Source: an uncultured Candidatus Saccharibacteria bacterium
GTDB lineage: Bacteria > Patescibacteriota > Minisyncoccia > Phycocordibacterales > JAKFXT01
DNA: 49,460 nt
Direction of reading: 5' to 3'
Assembly: GCA_964348535.1 (NCBI GenBank)
Contig: CAYGDB010000001.1
Location: 1 to 49,460 of the forward strand
The notes beneath the pieces were generated by a model. That model was not told the DNA's origin, made no database searches, and worked only from the letters and a program-made list of their open reading frames with translations. Positions 18,454 to 28,046 of this stretch are shown piece by piece. Each line of letters opens with the position of its first letter. The first letter of the stretch is position 1. A program made the position numbers and the translations under genes.

Positions 18454-19824
18454 ATGCCTATTACTAGAACTATTTTAAAGGGAGTGGCCATTAACTCTTT
18501 CAGCACTCCGCTGGTCAAACTTATTGGACTTGTTTCTGTGTTTTTAATATTGAGCCACCTTAAAGTCTCTGAATACGGCACAGTTGAACTTGCCATATCT
18601 CTGACTTCTTTGTTGGGTATTTTTATGGTTCCGGGTTTGTCATCTCTTGTTCTGGCAGATGCTAGCGTCGAGAAAAGTAAAGGCGACCTTTCGCGCGCGC
18701 GCGCCATATTGTTTTCATCTTTTACGCTTCATATGACACTCGGTGCGCTGGCATGGTCCTTGACCTTTTTTGGAGCAGATTTTTTTGCCAGATTTTATGG
18801 TCTATCTAGTGATAACGTTCGCCTCGTTTCATTTTTGTTTTTATTTTCTCCTTTTCAGTCAATTTACAACACTATTTTTATGGTTCATTTGCGTTTTTTT
18901 GAGCAGTCTCTTATGGCAATTATTGGTGAAGTCGGAAAACTATGTCTACTTTTTATTTTATTATTTTTTTTTCAAATGGGCGTTGATGGAGCGCTCTATT
19001 CGATAGTCTTTTCTCAACTTCTGACTGTTGTTTTGTTTGCTCCAAAATCTGTCCAACTATTTCACAAATTAAGAGATGGGACACGAGCATCATCAGTGCC
19101 TTGGGTAAATTTGCTGAAGGGGCGTGGAATGTGGAGCATACTTACTTCATACATGGGTAATGTTGGTAGCGCCGCACGTTTGTGGATTATAAGGAGATTT
19201 CTCGGAGAAGAAGCGGTTGGTCTCTATGCCCTTGCCTCTGGACTTATGGGACATACAATAGCGCTTGCTTCACTTTCAAATGTTCTTACTCCTTTGCTTC
19301 CCCAGTATGTTCATGACCGTTACAAGTTTATTCGTCTTGTCACCAAAGGTATAGAATATCAAATTTTAGCATATATTGGGTTTGGAATAGGAGCGTTTTT
19401 TATTTTTCCACCAATACTTGGGTGGATTTTTCCAAACTATGTGGAAGCATTTCCTCTATTTAAAATCATGCTTTTGGGTCTTATTCCAGGGGCTATTGTG
19501 GTGGTTGTTACGCCAGCTTTTTTTGCTATGAAAATGCAGAAAGATCTTTTTATCTCCATGTCTTTCAAAACACTTTTGACTATCGTGATTTCCTACATGG
19601 CCGTGATGTATATTGGCCTAATGGGGCTTGCTTATGAATCAATATTAGTAGCCTCTTTTCAGGCTTATGAGCGCTCGCGCAGGTTAAGAAAAAGTCTTGG
19701 TAACGTTAATCTTTTCAGACGAAACTTTTCTTCCTTTGATGAAGACGACCGCATTATTGTTAAAGAAATATCTCAAGCCTTAAATCGAGTATTTACATTT
19801 GTTGCGCCATTTTCAAAAAAATAG
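18454..19824 (+). CDS. MOP/Wzx-type polysaccharide flippase
   Basis: 456 aa with ~12-14 hydrophobic helices, GGAG 4 nt upstream of the ATG, in a glycan-cluster context. The family call is moderate. Confidence 0.65.
   Translation: MPITRTILKGVAINSFSTPLVKLIGLVSVFLILSHLKVSEYGTVELAISLTSLLGIFMVPGLSSLVLADASVEKSKGDLSRARAILFSSFTLHMTLGALAWSLTFFGADFFARFYGLSSDNVRLVSFLFLFSPFQSIYNTIFMVHLRFFEQSLMAIIGEVGKLCLLFILLFFFQMGVDGALYSIVFSQLLTVVLFAPKSVQLFHKLRDGTRASSVPWVNLLKGRGMWSILTSYMGNVGSAARLWIIRRFLGEEAVGLYALASGLMGHTIALASLSNVLTPLLPQYVHDRYKFIRLVTKGIEYQILAYIGFGIGAFFIFPPILGWIFPNYVEAFPLFKIMLLGLIPGAIVVVVTPAFFAMKMQKDLFISMSFKTLLTIVISYMAVMYIGLMGLAYESILVASFQAYERSRRLRKSLGNVNLFRRNFSSFDEDDRIIVKEISQALNRVFTFVAPFSKK
18692..18704. 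repeat. (CG)6 dinucleotide tract inside the flippase gene
   Basis: CGCGCGCGCGCGC read directly; it encodes SRARA. Confidence 0.9.
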
Positions 19825-21026
19825 TTATTACCGAGTTCTTTGTCGAGAACTTCATCTAATCTTTGAGCGCATGTTTCAATGGAATATATTCCGTATGGAG
19901 ACAGACTAACCGTTTTTCTGTTGACATTTTCTGCTGATTTTTTCATTAGTTTGCGCGCAATCCCCAGTAGTCTCATCTGTCTAAGCGCGCGCAAAAAAAC
20001 AGATTGTAGAGATAGTTTTAATATTTTCCTGCGTAGAATGAGACGCGCGTTTAGTTCTAATTTATTAACTGTTGCCCACACTTCATGCCACGCTTTAAAA
20101 TGTCTGCGAAAAGGAATATTTAACAATAATAATTCATCTACATAACGGTGATAGAATTTCCCACAGTTGAAAGGGTATTTTTCATGTTTTTGCATATCAT
20201 GGCGTACTCGCAAATAACATTCAGCCGTTGTATTGCCAAGAGTCCTTTCTGAAACTCCTGTAAATTGATATGGCACAGCACTGTTACGTTTTTCATTCAC
20301 AAATACGTTTGACCATTGTTGGGTTATTGAACTCGAAAATTTTCCAATAACACAAAGAGGTATGTCGTAATATATTGGTTTTATGGCGTATGCAAAAATT
20401 ACTGGGTGAAAAGTAAAATTACCATACATGTGCGGGGCAATAACGTATCCAATTTCTGCCCGAGCTTTTTCACATATTGAGCGAGATACAAATGTTGCCG
20501 CGGAGTGCCAACGTGCGGGCATTTTTGATGTCCCCATTGAAAAATCGTAAACAGCCTCAAGAAGAGTGTCCTTATCGTAAATTTTTATCCTGTTTGAAAA
20601 TGGAAGCAAGAAAACCAAAGCATTATTTTGAGCCGGTTTGTGTCGATTTCCTTCTCCAAAATAATAAACATGGTTAGCTGAAACTATGTCAGCTTTTTTT
20701 CCTGCTATTATCTCCGCGTATTTCTCAAGGGAGTTTGGGATAAGGCGATTATCGTCATCGTACCAAAGAATGTATTGCCCGACAGATTTAGTATAGGCAA
20801 ATTCCCAGCCAATTGTCGGGTCGAGATTTGGCACTTCAAAGAAGTGGATGCGATTATCGTCTAGAGATTCAACAAGTCGGCGAATTATATCAGTGCCACT
20901 AGTATCTGTGACTATTATTTCCACATCAGTGAAATTTTGTTTAAGGATTGATTGAATAGCCCCTTGAACCATCTCTTTTTTTCCTACGGTGCAAATTAGA
21001 ATTGAAAACAGCGGAGAAGATTTCAT
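19773..21026 (-). CDS. GT2 family glycosyltransferase
   Basis: LFSILICTVGKKEMVQGAIQSILKQNFTDVEIIVTD and ILWYDDDNRLIP (DxD). Its 3' end overlaps the flippase 3' end by 52 nt. Confidence 0.75.
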   Translation of the reverse strand: MKSSPLFSILICTVGKKEMVQGAIQSILKQNFTDVEIIVTDTSGTDIIRRLVESLDDNRIHFFEVPNLDPTIGWEFAYTKSVGQYILWYDDDNRLIPNSLEKYAEIIAGKKADIVSANHVYYFGEGNRHKPAQNNALVFLLPFSNRIKIYDKDTLLEAVYDFSMGTSKMPARWHSAATFVSRSICEKARAEIGYVIAPHMYGNFTFHPVIFAYAIKPIYYDIPLCVIGKFSSSITQQWSNVFVNEKRNSAVPYQFTGVSERTLGNTTAECYLRVRHDMQKHEKYPFNCGKFYHRYVDELLLLNIPFRRHFKAWHEVWATVNKLELNARLILRRKILKLSLQSVFLRALRQMRLLGIARKLMKKSAENVNRKTVSLSPYGIYSIETCAQRLDEVLDKELGNNYFFENGATNVNTRFKA

Positions 21027-21038
21027 GTGGGCAAGACG

Positions 21039-22280
21039 CTAGTTTATTTTTCCAACGTTGATGACATTCACATATTTCTGACTTTTAATATAACGCCATG
21101 GATCTATGACAACAGAACCGTTTGGAAATTTTATTTTTTTGAATTGCGAATGTTTAGTGCCGATAAAAAAGACACTTTTTTTCCATTTTGGCATCGGACC
21201 GTCAATATGTGGGTCGTATAAAGATACCTTTTGCTTCTTCTCTTCAAGTATGTTTTTCAATAATATAGACGGACTGCCAGTGGTTATGTTGGTTTCTGGT
21301 TTGAAAGCTTTACCCAGAATCACTTTTGGCAGTTTATGTTCCATCATAAGTGTGGCTAACCACTCCGTTTGTTTTTCACGCGCCATCATAAGTGATTCAA
21401 AAAAATCATACGAAAGATTTAATTTGCGAGCAAGGTAAGACATGGCGATATTGTCACGGGGATGACATCCTCCACCATCACCCATGCCGGCGGTTAAGTA
21501 TTTTGGAGAGATGAGTCGTTCGTTTGCCAATTTTAAGGCGTCAGTTACGGCGTCCACGTCCATCGTGCCTCCTATTTTATGGCATATTTCCATTAGGGTA
21601 TTAACGAATACAATTTTCATTCCTATGAATGTATTGTAGGAGACCTTTATAAGCTCCGCGTTTTCAAGACTGGTAGGATAGAATGGAGAGGAATGAATAG
21701 TGCGGTAGAACTTTTTTGCAAGCTCGGCCGCTTTTTTATCAACAACGCCAAAAAGAACAAATTCTGGATTAAGAAAATCCCGCATCGTCGTTCCCATGGC
21801 AATAAAGAAAGGATTGTAGCAAAGTTTTATGTGTTTGTTTAAATTAGGAAGAATTTTTTTCTTGATAGTGCCAGGAAGAACTGTGGAAATAATAACCACG
21901 ACGCGATCTTTCCCCAGTTTTTTTACCGCTTTTGAGACTTCCGCTATGCTATTTACTAAGTGGTCGTAATTAAAATCTACGCGTTGTTTCGGAATCCGAG
22001 CTGTTCCTTCGTATTTTTCTTCGTGCGGAGTTTGAACAGCCACAAAAATAATTTCACTTTGACTGACAACTTGATCGATGGAACCAAATCGCAGTTTGCT
22101 TCTGCGCAATATTGGCTCAAATGGAGAGATGCCGTCAAAACCGGTTTCCCGATAATTTATCTTTTTCTTTTGCATTCGGGACTGGTCTATGTCGTAACCG
22201 ATAACATCGTGTCCTTTGTGGCTAATAGCCACAGCGCAAGGAAGACCGAGTTTTCCAAGTCCTATAAAACCAATTTTCAT
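21039..22280 (-). CDS. Full-length UDP-glucose/GDP-mannose dehydrogenase family protein
   Basis: MKIGFIGLGKLGLPCAVAISHKGHDVIGYD, catalytic GMGDGGGCHPRDN, 413 aa with the C-terminal domain present. Confidence 0.85.
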   Translation of the reverse strand: MKIGFIGLGKLGLPCAVAISHKGHDVIGYDIDQSRMQKKKINYRETGFDGISPFEPILRRSKLRFGSIDQVVSQSEIIFVAVQTPHEEKYEGTARIPKQRVDFNYDHLVNSIAEVSKAVKKLGKDRVVVIISTVLPGTIKKKILPNLNKHIKLCYNPFFIAMGTTMRDFLNPEFVLFGVVDKKAAELAKKFYRTIHSSPFYPTSLENAELIKVSYNTFIGMKIVFVNTLMEICHKIGGTMDVDAVTDALKLANERLISPKYLTAGMGDGGGCHPRDNIAMSYLARKLNLSYDFFESLMMAREKQTEWLATLMMEHKLPKVILGKAFKPETNITTGSPSILLKNILEEKKQKVSLYDPHIDGPMPKWKKSVFFIGTKHSQFKKIKFPNGSVVIDPWRYIKSQKYVNVINVGKIN

Positions 22281-22399
22281 ATATTAAATAACATTTTAAT
22301 GCTTAATTAAGTTTCTTATAATAACAATATGTTGCTTAATTACAAGTTTTACTGAATTTGCCATAAACGGATGGCGCTTGTATTCTAATCCTATATTTT

Positions 22400-24907
22400 A
22401 TGAAGTTTTTGCGAACTGCTTTTAAAACAATCTGCATGCGTGTTAGTAAGTCACCGCGTTTCGCCTTGCTCGCATTTTGGACAATATTGATTGGTATCGC
22501 GCTCTTTCCATTTTTATTTATGGGACGACTTTTTATTGATTCGGATGCCACACTATATTATTACCCTGTATTTGATTTTTACCATAAGGCAATTTTAAGC
22601 GGTTCGTCTTTTTTATGGAATCCTTCCATATTTCTTGGTTTTCCAACTTACTTGAGTCAATCCGCAGGATTTTTTGACCCGGTTAATTGGGTTTTGTTTC
22701 ATCTCCCGACATTTACCGCTTATCACTTGCGTCTTGCGCTAGACTTACTGCTGACGCTTGGTTTTTCCTATGGTGTTGGCAGAGAATTAAATCGCTCCAA
22801 ACTTGCCTCACTACTAATTGGCATGGGGTATATAATTGCTTTTAATTGGCGTTATCTTTCAAATATTGTAATTTTAAACAGCCTTTTTCTCTTGCCTTTT
22901 CTTTTTTATGGAGGATTTCGTCTATTTAGAGCTAAAACGGAACGACAACGTTGGTTATGGGTTTTTCTTATGGGGTTAGCTATAGGCTGGTCATTTATTT
23001 CAGGTTACGCCCAGTTTAATATATATGCATTGTTTGTTTTTGGTATTTTTTATATTTGGTATTTTTTCTCAATATTGTCAGTTGAAAAAAAAATATTGAA
23101 TTTGGTTCGATGGGCGTCTTACGCCGTCTCTATTATTGTCATCGGATTTTTAATTGGATTGCCGTCAATTCTTCCGGCATTAAAATTCACACCCCTTACA
23201 GTGCGTTCTGAAGGAGTTACCTATGAATTAGCAACATATAAAACAGTTGAGCCTGGTGACGTAATTTTATTCGCATTTCCGGATTATCTCTACTTCCCTT
23301 ATGTTTCCGATGGTCGGAAACCTTTATATGTTGGGGCTTTTCTTTTTATTCTTGCTTTGATAGCCACGCGTGAATTATTCCGCCGGCGTGTTGGTAATAT
23401 TCGGGCGTCGAATGAAATACGGATTATGGCTATTTTCATGGCGCTTTTTTTCTTCTGTTTTGTCGCTTCTTTAAAATGGTCTCCCATATATTATCTAATG
23501 CAGAAACTTCCCGTATTTGATTTGTTTCGTTTTCCATATAGGTGGATGTATTTGGGGGCGTGGTTTTTAGCGTGTCTTGGGGCATACGGGTTTGATTTCA
23601 TAAAAACTAATCCGACTTCCCGTTTCGTTAAACTTTTTTCATCAGTATTAATTTTTTTCGCGACAGCTTTTACATCCCTTGTGCTGGCGCTTAATTTTCT
23701 AGGAGAGCGTTCGTTTACATTTTTAGGGAATTTTTTACACCGCATATTGAGCCTTACGGCTTATGGTCATATGGGGCTGTATAAAGCTCCGGAACATTAT
23801 CGTGATGCCATAACTAGAGGTATGGAAGCATGGCGCGATTCACTGTCCCTTTCTGAGCCGACATTTTATGTTCCGTTTTTAATATTAATTTTCTCTATTG
23901 TTCTCTTATTTTCTCTGTCGCGCGGTCTGGTCTCGTCTAAAAGTTTTCTATTTTCAGGTTTTGTATTATCGGTGGTTACATTCCTTTCTGTTTTTATAGT
24001 GCAGTGGCCTAGGACTGTCTCTGTTGATGCCACAAATTTACATAATGCAACAGTTCAATCATTGCCGGACTTACAATCGGGGCAATATAGATACATGCCA
24101 TTTATGCTGTCTAAGGGTCTTCAATCTTATGTGCCTCCGCAATACAATTTATCTTTAAATGAAATACAATTGGTTGCCGAACTTCAATTTTCTTCAGGAT
24201 GGCCTAATATGAATCAATATGCGGGGGGTATGAGCATAGATGGATATGACCCATTCGTTTCAACCCGCTTGCTTGAAGTTTTAAATTTAATAGGCAGTAC
24301 TCACGGTGGAGAAGAGATGACGAAATTACTTTCTGAACAGGAAGTAAAAGATCGGTTGCTGAAACATCTTGGCATTGTTGGAGTCATGTCAGGTAAATAC
24401 ATACTCTCTGGAGTTCCTCTTGTTCACGAAAATCTCGGTCTTATAAGAACTGTACCAGTCTCACGCTACGGTATAAAAATGTATGTATACGAAAATAATT
24501 TTGTAGTGCCGCGCGTATATTTTGCCAGAGAGATTGTCAATAAGCCGAATGAATCACTGATTCAGTTGAATGAAGAGCGTTCTGATTTTAAAGCGAAAAC
24601 CTATCTCGATTGCGATAATTGCGTCAGTCATAAAAGTAACCAATTTGACGTTTTTAAGGTAATAAAAGATGATAACGGCATTATGGAGATTCATACCCAA
24701 ACAGTGGGACCAAGGTGGCTTGTTATTGGTGACAGTAATTTACCCGGTTGGAAATCCAATTTGGATGGAACTCCATCTCAAATCTTATCTGCCAATGGTC
24801 TGCAGATGGCCGTAGAGATTCCGGCTGGTAATCATACCGTTACATTAACTTATGTTGGGGTAATGGATGAATTAAGGGTATTAAAATTTCTTGGCGCGGT
24901 TAGATAG
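22400..24907 (+). CDS. YfhO-family polytopic membrane glycosyltransferase, copy 2
   Basis: 835 aa with many TM helices. C-terminal LPGWKSNLDGTPSQILSANGLQMAVEIPAGNHTVTLTY parallels copy 1. Confidence 0.75.
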   Translation: MKFLRTAFKTICMRVSKSPRFALLAFWTILIGIALFPFLFMGRLFIDSDATLYYYPVFDFYHKAILSGSSFLWNPSIFLGFPTYLSQSAGFFDPVNWVLFHLPTFTAYHLRLALDLLLTLGFSYGVGRELNRSKLASLLIGMGYIIAFNWRYLSNIVILNSLFLLPFLFYGGFRLFRAKTERQRWLWVFLMGLAIGWSFISGYAQFNIYALFVFGIFYIWYFFSILSVEKKILNLVRWASYAVSIIVIGFLIGLPSILPALKFTPLTVRSEGVTYELATYKTVEPGDVILFAFPDYLYFPYVSDGRKPLYVGAFLFILALIATRELFRRRVGNIRASNEIRIMAIFMALFFFCFVASLKWSPIYYLMQKLPVFDLFRFPYRWMYLGAWFLACLGAYGFDFIKTNPTSRFVKLFSSVLIFFATAFTSLVLALNFLGERSFTFLGNFLHRILSLTAYGHMGLYKAPEHYRDAITRGMEAWRDSLSLSEPTFYVPFLILIFSIVLLFSLSRGLVSSKSFLFSGFVLSVVTFLSVFIVQWPRTVSVDATNLHNATVQSLPDLQSGQYRYMPFMLSKGLQSYVPPQYNLSLNEIQLVAELQFSSGWPNMNQYAGGMSIDGYDPFVSTRLLEVLNLIGSTHGGEEMTKLLSEQEVKDRLLKHLGIVGVMSGKYILSGVPLVHENLGLIRTVPVSRYGIKMYVYENNFVVPRVYFAREIVNKPNESLIQLNEERSDFKAKTYLDCDNCVSHKSNQFDVFKVIKDDNGIMEIHTQTVGPRWLVIGDSNLPGWKSNLDGTPSQILSANGLQMAVEIPAGNHTVTLTYVGVMDELRVLKFLGAVR

Positions 24908-24927
24908 GAATTTATTAAATTAAGGTT

Positions 24928-26289
24928 ATGAAAACAATTTTTATCACCGTTAGTGATGGTGAAGTTTCTAAAAGCATATTCCAATCGGATATTTTCCCCA
25001 TGCTCAAAGATCATGCCCGATTGGTGCTTTTTGTCAGTAAAAAAACAGCTCGGCATTTTTCTGAAAACTACGGATCTGAAAAAGTGATTATTGAAACATT
25101 GCCGGCATACCCAATTCGATGGATAGAAGAGGCTTTTGCTGATTTATTTTTGTATAGTTTGCATACCGAAAGCATAGTTGTAAAAATAAAACACTCCTTT
25201 GCTTCCGGCGGGTCCTATTTTGGGAAGTGCATAAAGTTGCTACTTTGGAACATCGGAAGATTTAGTTGGTACAAAACGATTTGTCGTTTTTTCTATAGGA
25301 TTTTGCCGGATCATTCATTTGATACTTATTTTGAACGTTACCATCCCGATGTCGTTTTTGTTCCTAACCTGACTTCAAATGAAGATGCCCGCCTCTTAAA
25401 GGTTGCTCGACGTTATGGCGTAAAAAGCATAGGTATCCCAAAGGGTTGGGATAATTTAACAATAAAAACATTTTTACCTGTTTTCCCAGATAGATTGTTA
25501 GTGCAGACGGAGGAAATGAAAAATGACGCTCAAAGTATCATAAAATATCCAGTGAGTCGCATCAGCGTTGTCGGCTTTCCGAAATTTGATTTATATGCGA
25601 ATAACAGTTTAATATTGTCTCGCATGGAGTTCATGAGAAAATTCAATTTTTCCCCGGATAGAAAATTGATACTCTACGCCGGAGCTGGCGATCAATTGGC
25701 TCCATATGATGAAGATATCTTGTCGGATTTGCTTCTTGCGATTAAGGATGGAAAGGTTATAGGAGCTCCTCAAGTCTTGCTCCGTCCTCATCCGAAATAT
25801 GCTTATCGCAGTGAAATTTTACCGCCCTATCCATTTTGGATTCTTGATAGGCCAGGCAAAGTAATTGATGGTTCTGGATCAAACTTCGAGTTTGATCGTG
25901 ATGATGTTATTCATTTGATGAATTCTCTTTATCATTGCAACTTGCTTATTCATACGGCTTCAACTCTTGGGGTAGAAGCTTCAATTTTTGACAAACCTTC
26001 AATAACTCTTGCTTACGATGGCCACTTCCGAGTACCAAAGGATCTCTCTACCGCTCGCTACTACAATTATGTCCATTTGAGTAGAGTAATTAAAACTTCT
26101 GGCACAAAGGTGGCTCGTTCTTTTGAAGAGCTTTTACGTTACACAAATGAGTATCTGAAGGATTCGTCATTGGATCATTCTGGTCGAAAAGAAATGGTTG
26201 CCCGAAATTCTTATATTTTGGATGGTAAAGCAGGAAAGAGAGTTGCTGAAAACGTGATTCAATTGCTCGGCTCAAATGGAAGTCAGTAG
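24928..26289 (+). CDS. TagB/TagF-like GT-B transferase (CDP-glycerol glycerophosphotransferase-like / capsule-type)
   Basis: C-terminal half LILYAGAGD...VLLRPHPKY...CNLLIHTASTLGVEASIFDKPSITLAY. The substrate cannot be read from the sequence. Confidence 0.5.
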   Translation: MKTIFITVSDGEVSKSIFQSDIFPMLKDHARLVLFVSKKTARHFSENYGSEKVIIETLPAYPIRWIEEAFADLFLYSLHTESIVVKIKHSFASGGSYFGKCIKLLLWNIGRFSWYKTICRFFYRILPDHSFDTYFERYHPDVVFVPNLTSNEDARLLKVARRYGVKSIGIPKGWDNLTIKTFLPVFPDRLLVQTEEMKNDAQSIIKYPVSRISVVGFPKFDLYANNSLILSRMEFMRKFNFSPDRKLILYAGAGDQLAPYDEDILSDLLLAIKDGKVIGAPQVLLRPHPKYAYRSEILPPYPFWILDRPGKVIDGSGSNFEFDRDDVIHLMNSLYHCNLLIHTASTLGVEASIFDKPSITLAYDGHFRVPKDLSTARYYNYVHLSRVIKTSGTKVARSFEELLRYTNEYLKDSSLDHSGRKEMVARNSYILDGKAGKRVAENVIQLLGSNGSQ

Positions 26290-26324
26290 TGTTCTTATTT
26301 CGTCTTCTTTAAATTAAAATATCA

Positions 26325-27599
26325 ATGTCTTCAAAACCCAGAAAAATTGCCGTTGCGGTCACGCACCGAACGCCCTATGGGCGTTTAAAGCCGGTACTTA
26401 AAGCAATACAATCTCATCCCGATCTTGAATTGCAGATTATCGTGGCAACCCCTGTCTTTTTCCATGACCTTTTGTTTGCTTTACGACACTCCGATTTTTC
26501 CTCGATTAAAGTTTCAATTTCTTGGTATATTAAAGCGCGCTTAAGGAAGTTTTTTGGGGGAAAATCAGCTTTGAACGAGCTTGATTTATTATCAAAAAGC
26601 ATAAGCGCTGACGGTTTTTCTATTTCGGCCCATGTTCCTGTTTTTATTGCCGGTGGAAATTTAAAGACGATGACAAAATCAGTCGGAGCCGGAATCATTA
26701 ATTTGCCAGTGATTTTTGAAAAGTTGAAACCGGATGTTGTTCTTATACACGCCGATCGGTTTGAAATGCTTGCGGTTGCGGTGGCGGCTTCTCTTATGAA
26801 TATTCCGATTGCTCATACTCAAGGGGGAGAAGTATCGGGGACTATAGATGAAAAGGCCCGACACGCTATTACGAAACTTTCTCACATTCATTTTCCAACA
26901 ACCAATCAAAGTAAGGAAAGACTTCTTAGAATGGGCGAGAGCGCCGATAGGGTTTTTTTGGTTGGGTGTCCCACTATTGATGTTTTGAAAAGAATAGACC
27001 TCTCTCCCGATAATGCCATTTTTGATCGCAATGGTAATGGTCATGGCGATCGCCTTGACCTTTCCAAACCTTATATTTTGGTTCTCCAACACCCTGTAAC
27101 AACGGAATATGGCGAAGCAAAACGGCAAATGGAAGAAACACTTAAAGCCGTCCAATCTCTAAATATGCCGGTTTTTCTTTTGTGGCCTAATATAGATGCC
27201 GGTTCTGACGGCGCCTCTGCCGCTGTTAGTCACTTTATTAAACATCACAATCTTCCAGCTTTTGCTCTTTTCAAAACTTTACACTCGGAAGATTTTTATA
27301 AAGTTCTTAAAAACGCTACGGTGGCCGTTGGTAATTCTTCTAGCTTTATTAGGGAAAGTTCGTACTTAGGTACGCCGACCGTCCTTATCGGGTCTCGTCA
27401 AAATAATCGTGAACGAGCGGATAATGTAATTGAGGTTTCTCATGACCACGTTGAAATCAAAGAGGCAGTTTTGAAACAGTTGGCTCACGGTCCTTATCCG
27501 TCAAGTAATTTATTTGGTGACGGCGAAACTTCCAATTTGATTGCGGATATTCTTTCAGACGCAGACATTATCGCACAAAAGTATTTTATTGATTATTAA
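26325..27599 (+). CDS. neuC: UDP-N-acetylglucosamine 2-epimerase, NeuC-like (hydrolysing type likely)
   Basis: KIAVAVTHRTPYGRLKPVLKAI..., IPIAHTQGGEVSGTIDEKARHAITKLSHIHFPTT. It carries an extra ~35-aa segment near residues 45-85. Confidence 0.75.
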   Translation: MSSKPRKIAVAVTHRTPYGRLKPVLKAIQSHPDLELQIIVATPVFFHDLLFALRHSDFSSIKVSISWYIKARLRKFFGGKSALNELDLLSKSISADGFSISAHVPVFIAGGNLKTMTKSVGAGIINLPVIFEKLKPDVVLIHADRFEMLAVAVAASLMNIPIAHTQGGEVSGTIDEKARHAITKLSHIHFPTTNQSKERLLRMGESADRVFLVGCPTIDVLKRIDLSPDNAIFDRNGNGHGDRLDLSKPYILVLQHPVTTEYGEAKRQMEETLKAVQSLNMPVFLLWPNIDAGSDGASAAVSHFIKHHNLPAFALFKTLHSEDFYKVLKNATVAVGNSSSFIRESSYLGTPTVLIGSRQNNRERADNVIEVSHDHVEIKEAVLKQLAHGPYPSSNLFGDGETSNLIADILSDADIIAQKYFIDY

Positions 27600-27615
27600 C
27601 CATATTAAACATCAT

Positions 27616-28044
27616 ATGAGACAGCAATCAGTTGTGATTAAAAAAGAGGACATAGAAAAAACACTTAAATCTCCCTCAAGTCAGGGTAAACGCCTTCTTG
27701 AACCTCTCAAGATTTTCTCAAAAGAGAATAGCATTCCGCTAAATGTGCTTGAAGATAACAATGTGGTTAACGAGGCAGAGGTGCACAAACACGAAGCGGA
27801 CCTCTGGTGCTGTCTTGAGGGTGAGGTAACTTTTATTTACGGGGGAGAAATAGTTAACCCGTGGGTAAAGAAAAATGCCGATGGAACGCTCGATGAACGC
27901 GAAATAAAAGCAAAAGAGATTATCGGTGGCACAGAAGTGTTGCTTAAACCTGGCGACTGGCTCTTTATTCCGGCTGGAGAGCCTCATATGCATAAAACGG
28001 ATGGTGTTGCGAGATTGATTATTATAAAAATTCCCAAAGTTTAG
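27616..28044 (+). CDS. Cupin-domain protein
   Basis: ORF 27541..28044 overlaps neuC; ATG 27616 (MRQQSVV) removes the overlap. Motifs EVHKHEADLWCCLEGE and GDWLFIPAGEPHMH. Confidence 0.6.
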   Translation: MRQQSVVIKKEDIEKTLKSPSSQGKRLLEPLKIFSKENSIPLNVLEDNNVVNEAEVHKHEADLWCCLEGEVTFIYGGEIVNPWVKKNADGTLDEREIKAKEIIGGTEVLLKPGDWLFIPAGEPHMHKTDGVARLIIIKIPKV

Positions 28045-28046
28045 AT

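Noticed and set aside
26679-27155. 158-aa ORF on the minus strand
   Set aside because: It is antisense to the NeuC-like gene, whose frame carries conserved epimerase motifs. It has no independent support.
27541-27615. Upstream non-ATG or overlapping starts offered by the ORF track (also 68, 644, 8265, 11728, 29057, 30220, 30941, 36842, 44011)
   Set aside because: In each case an in-frame ATG slightly downstream removes the overlap with the preceding gene and gives a family-typical N-terminus. Some also gain a better RBS. The true starts remain unverified.
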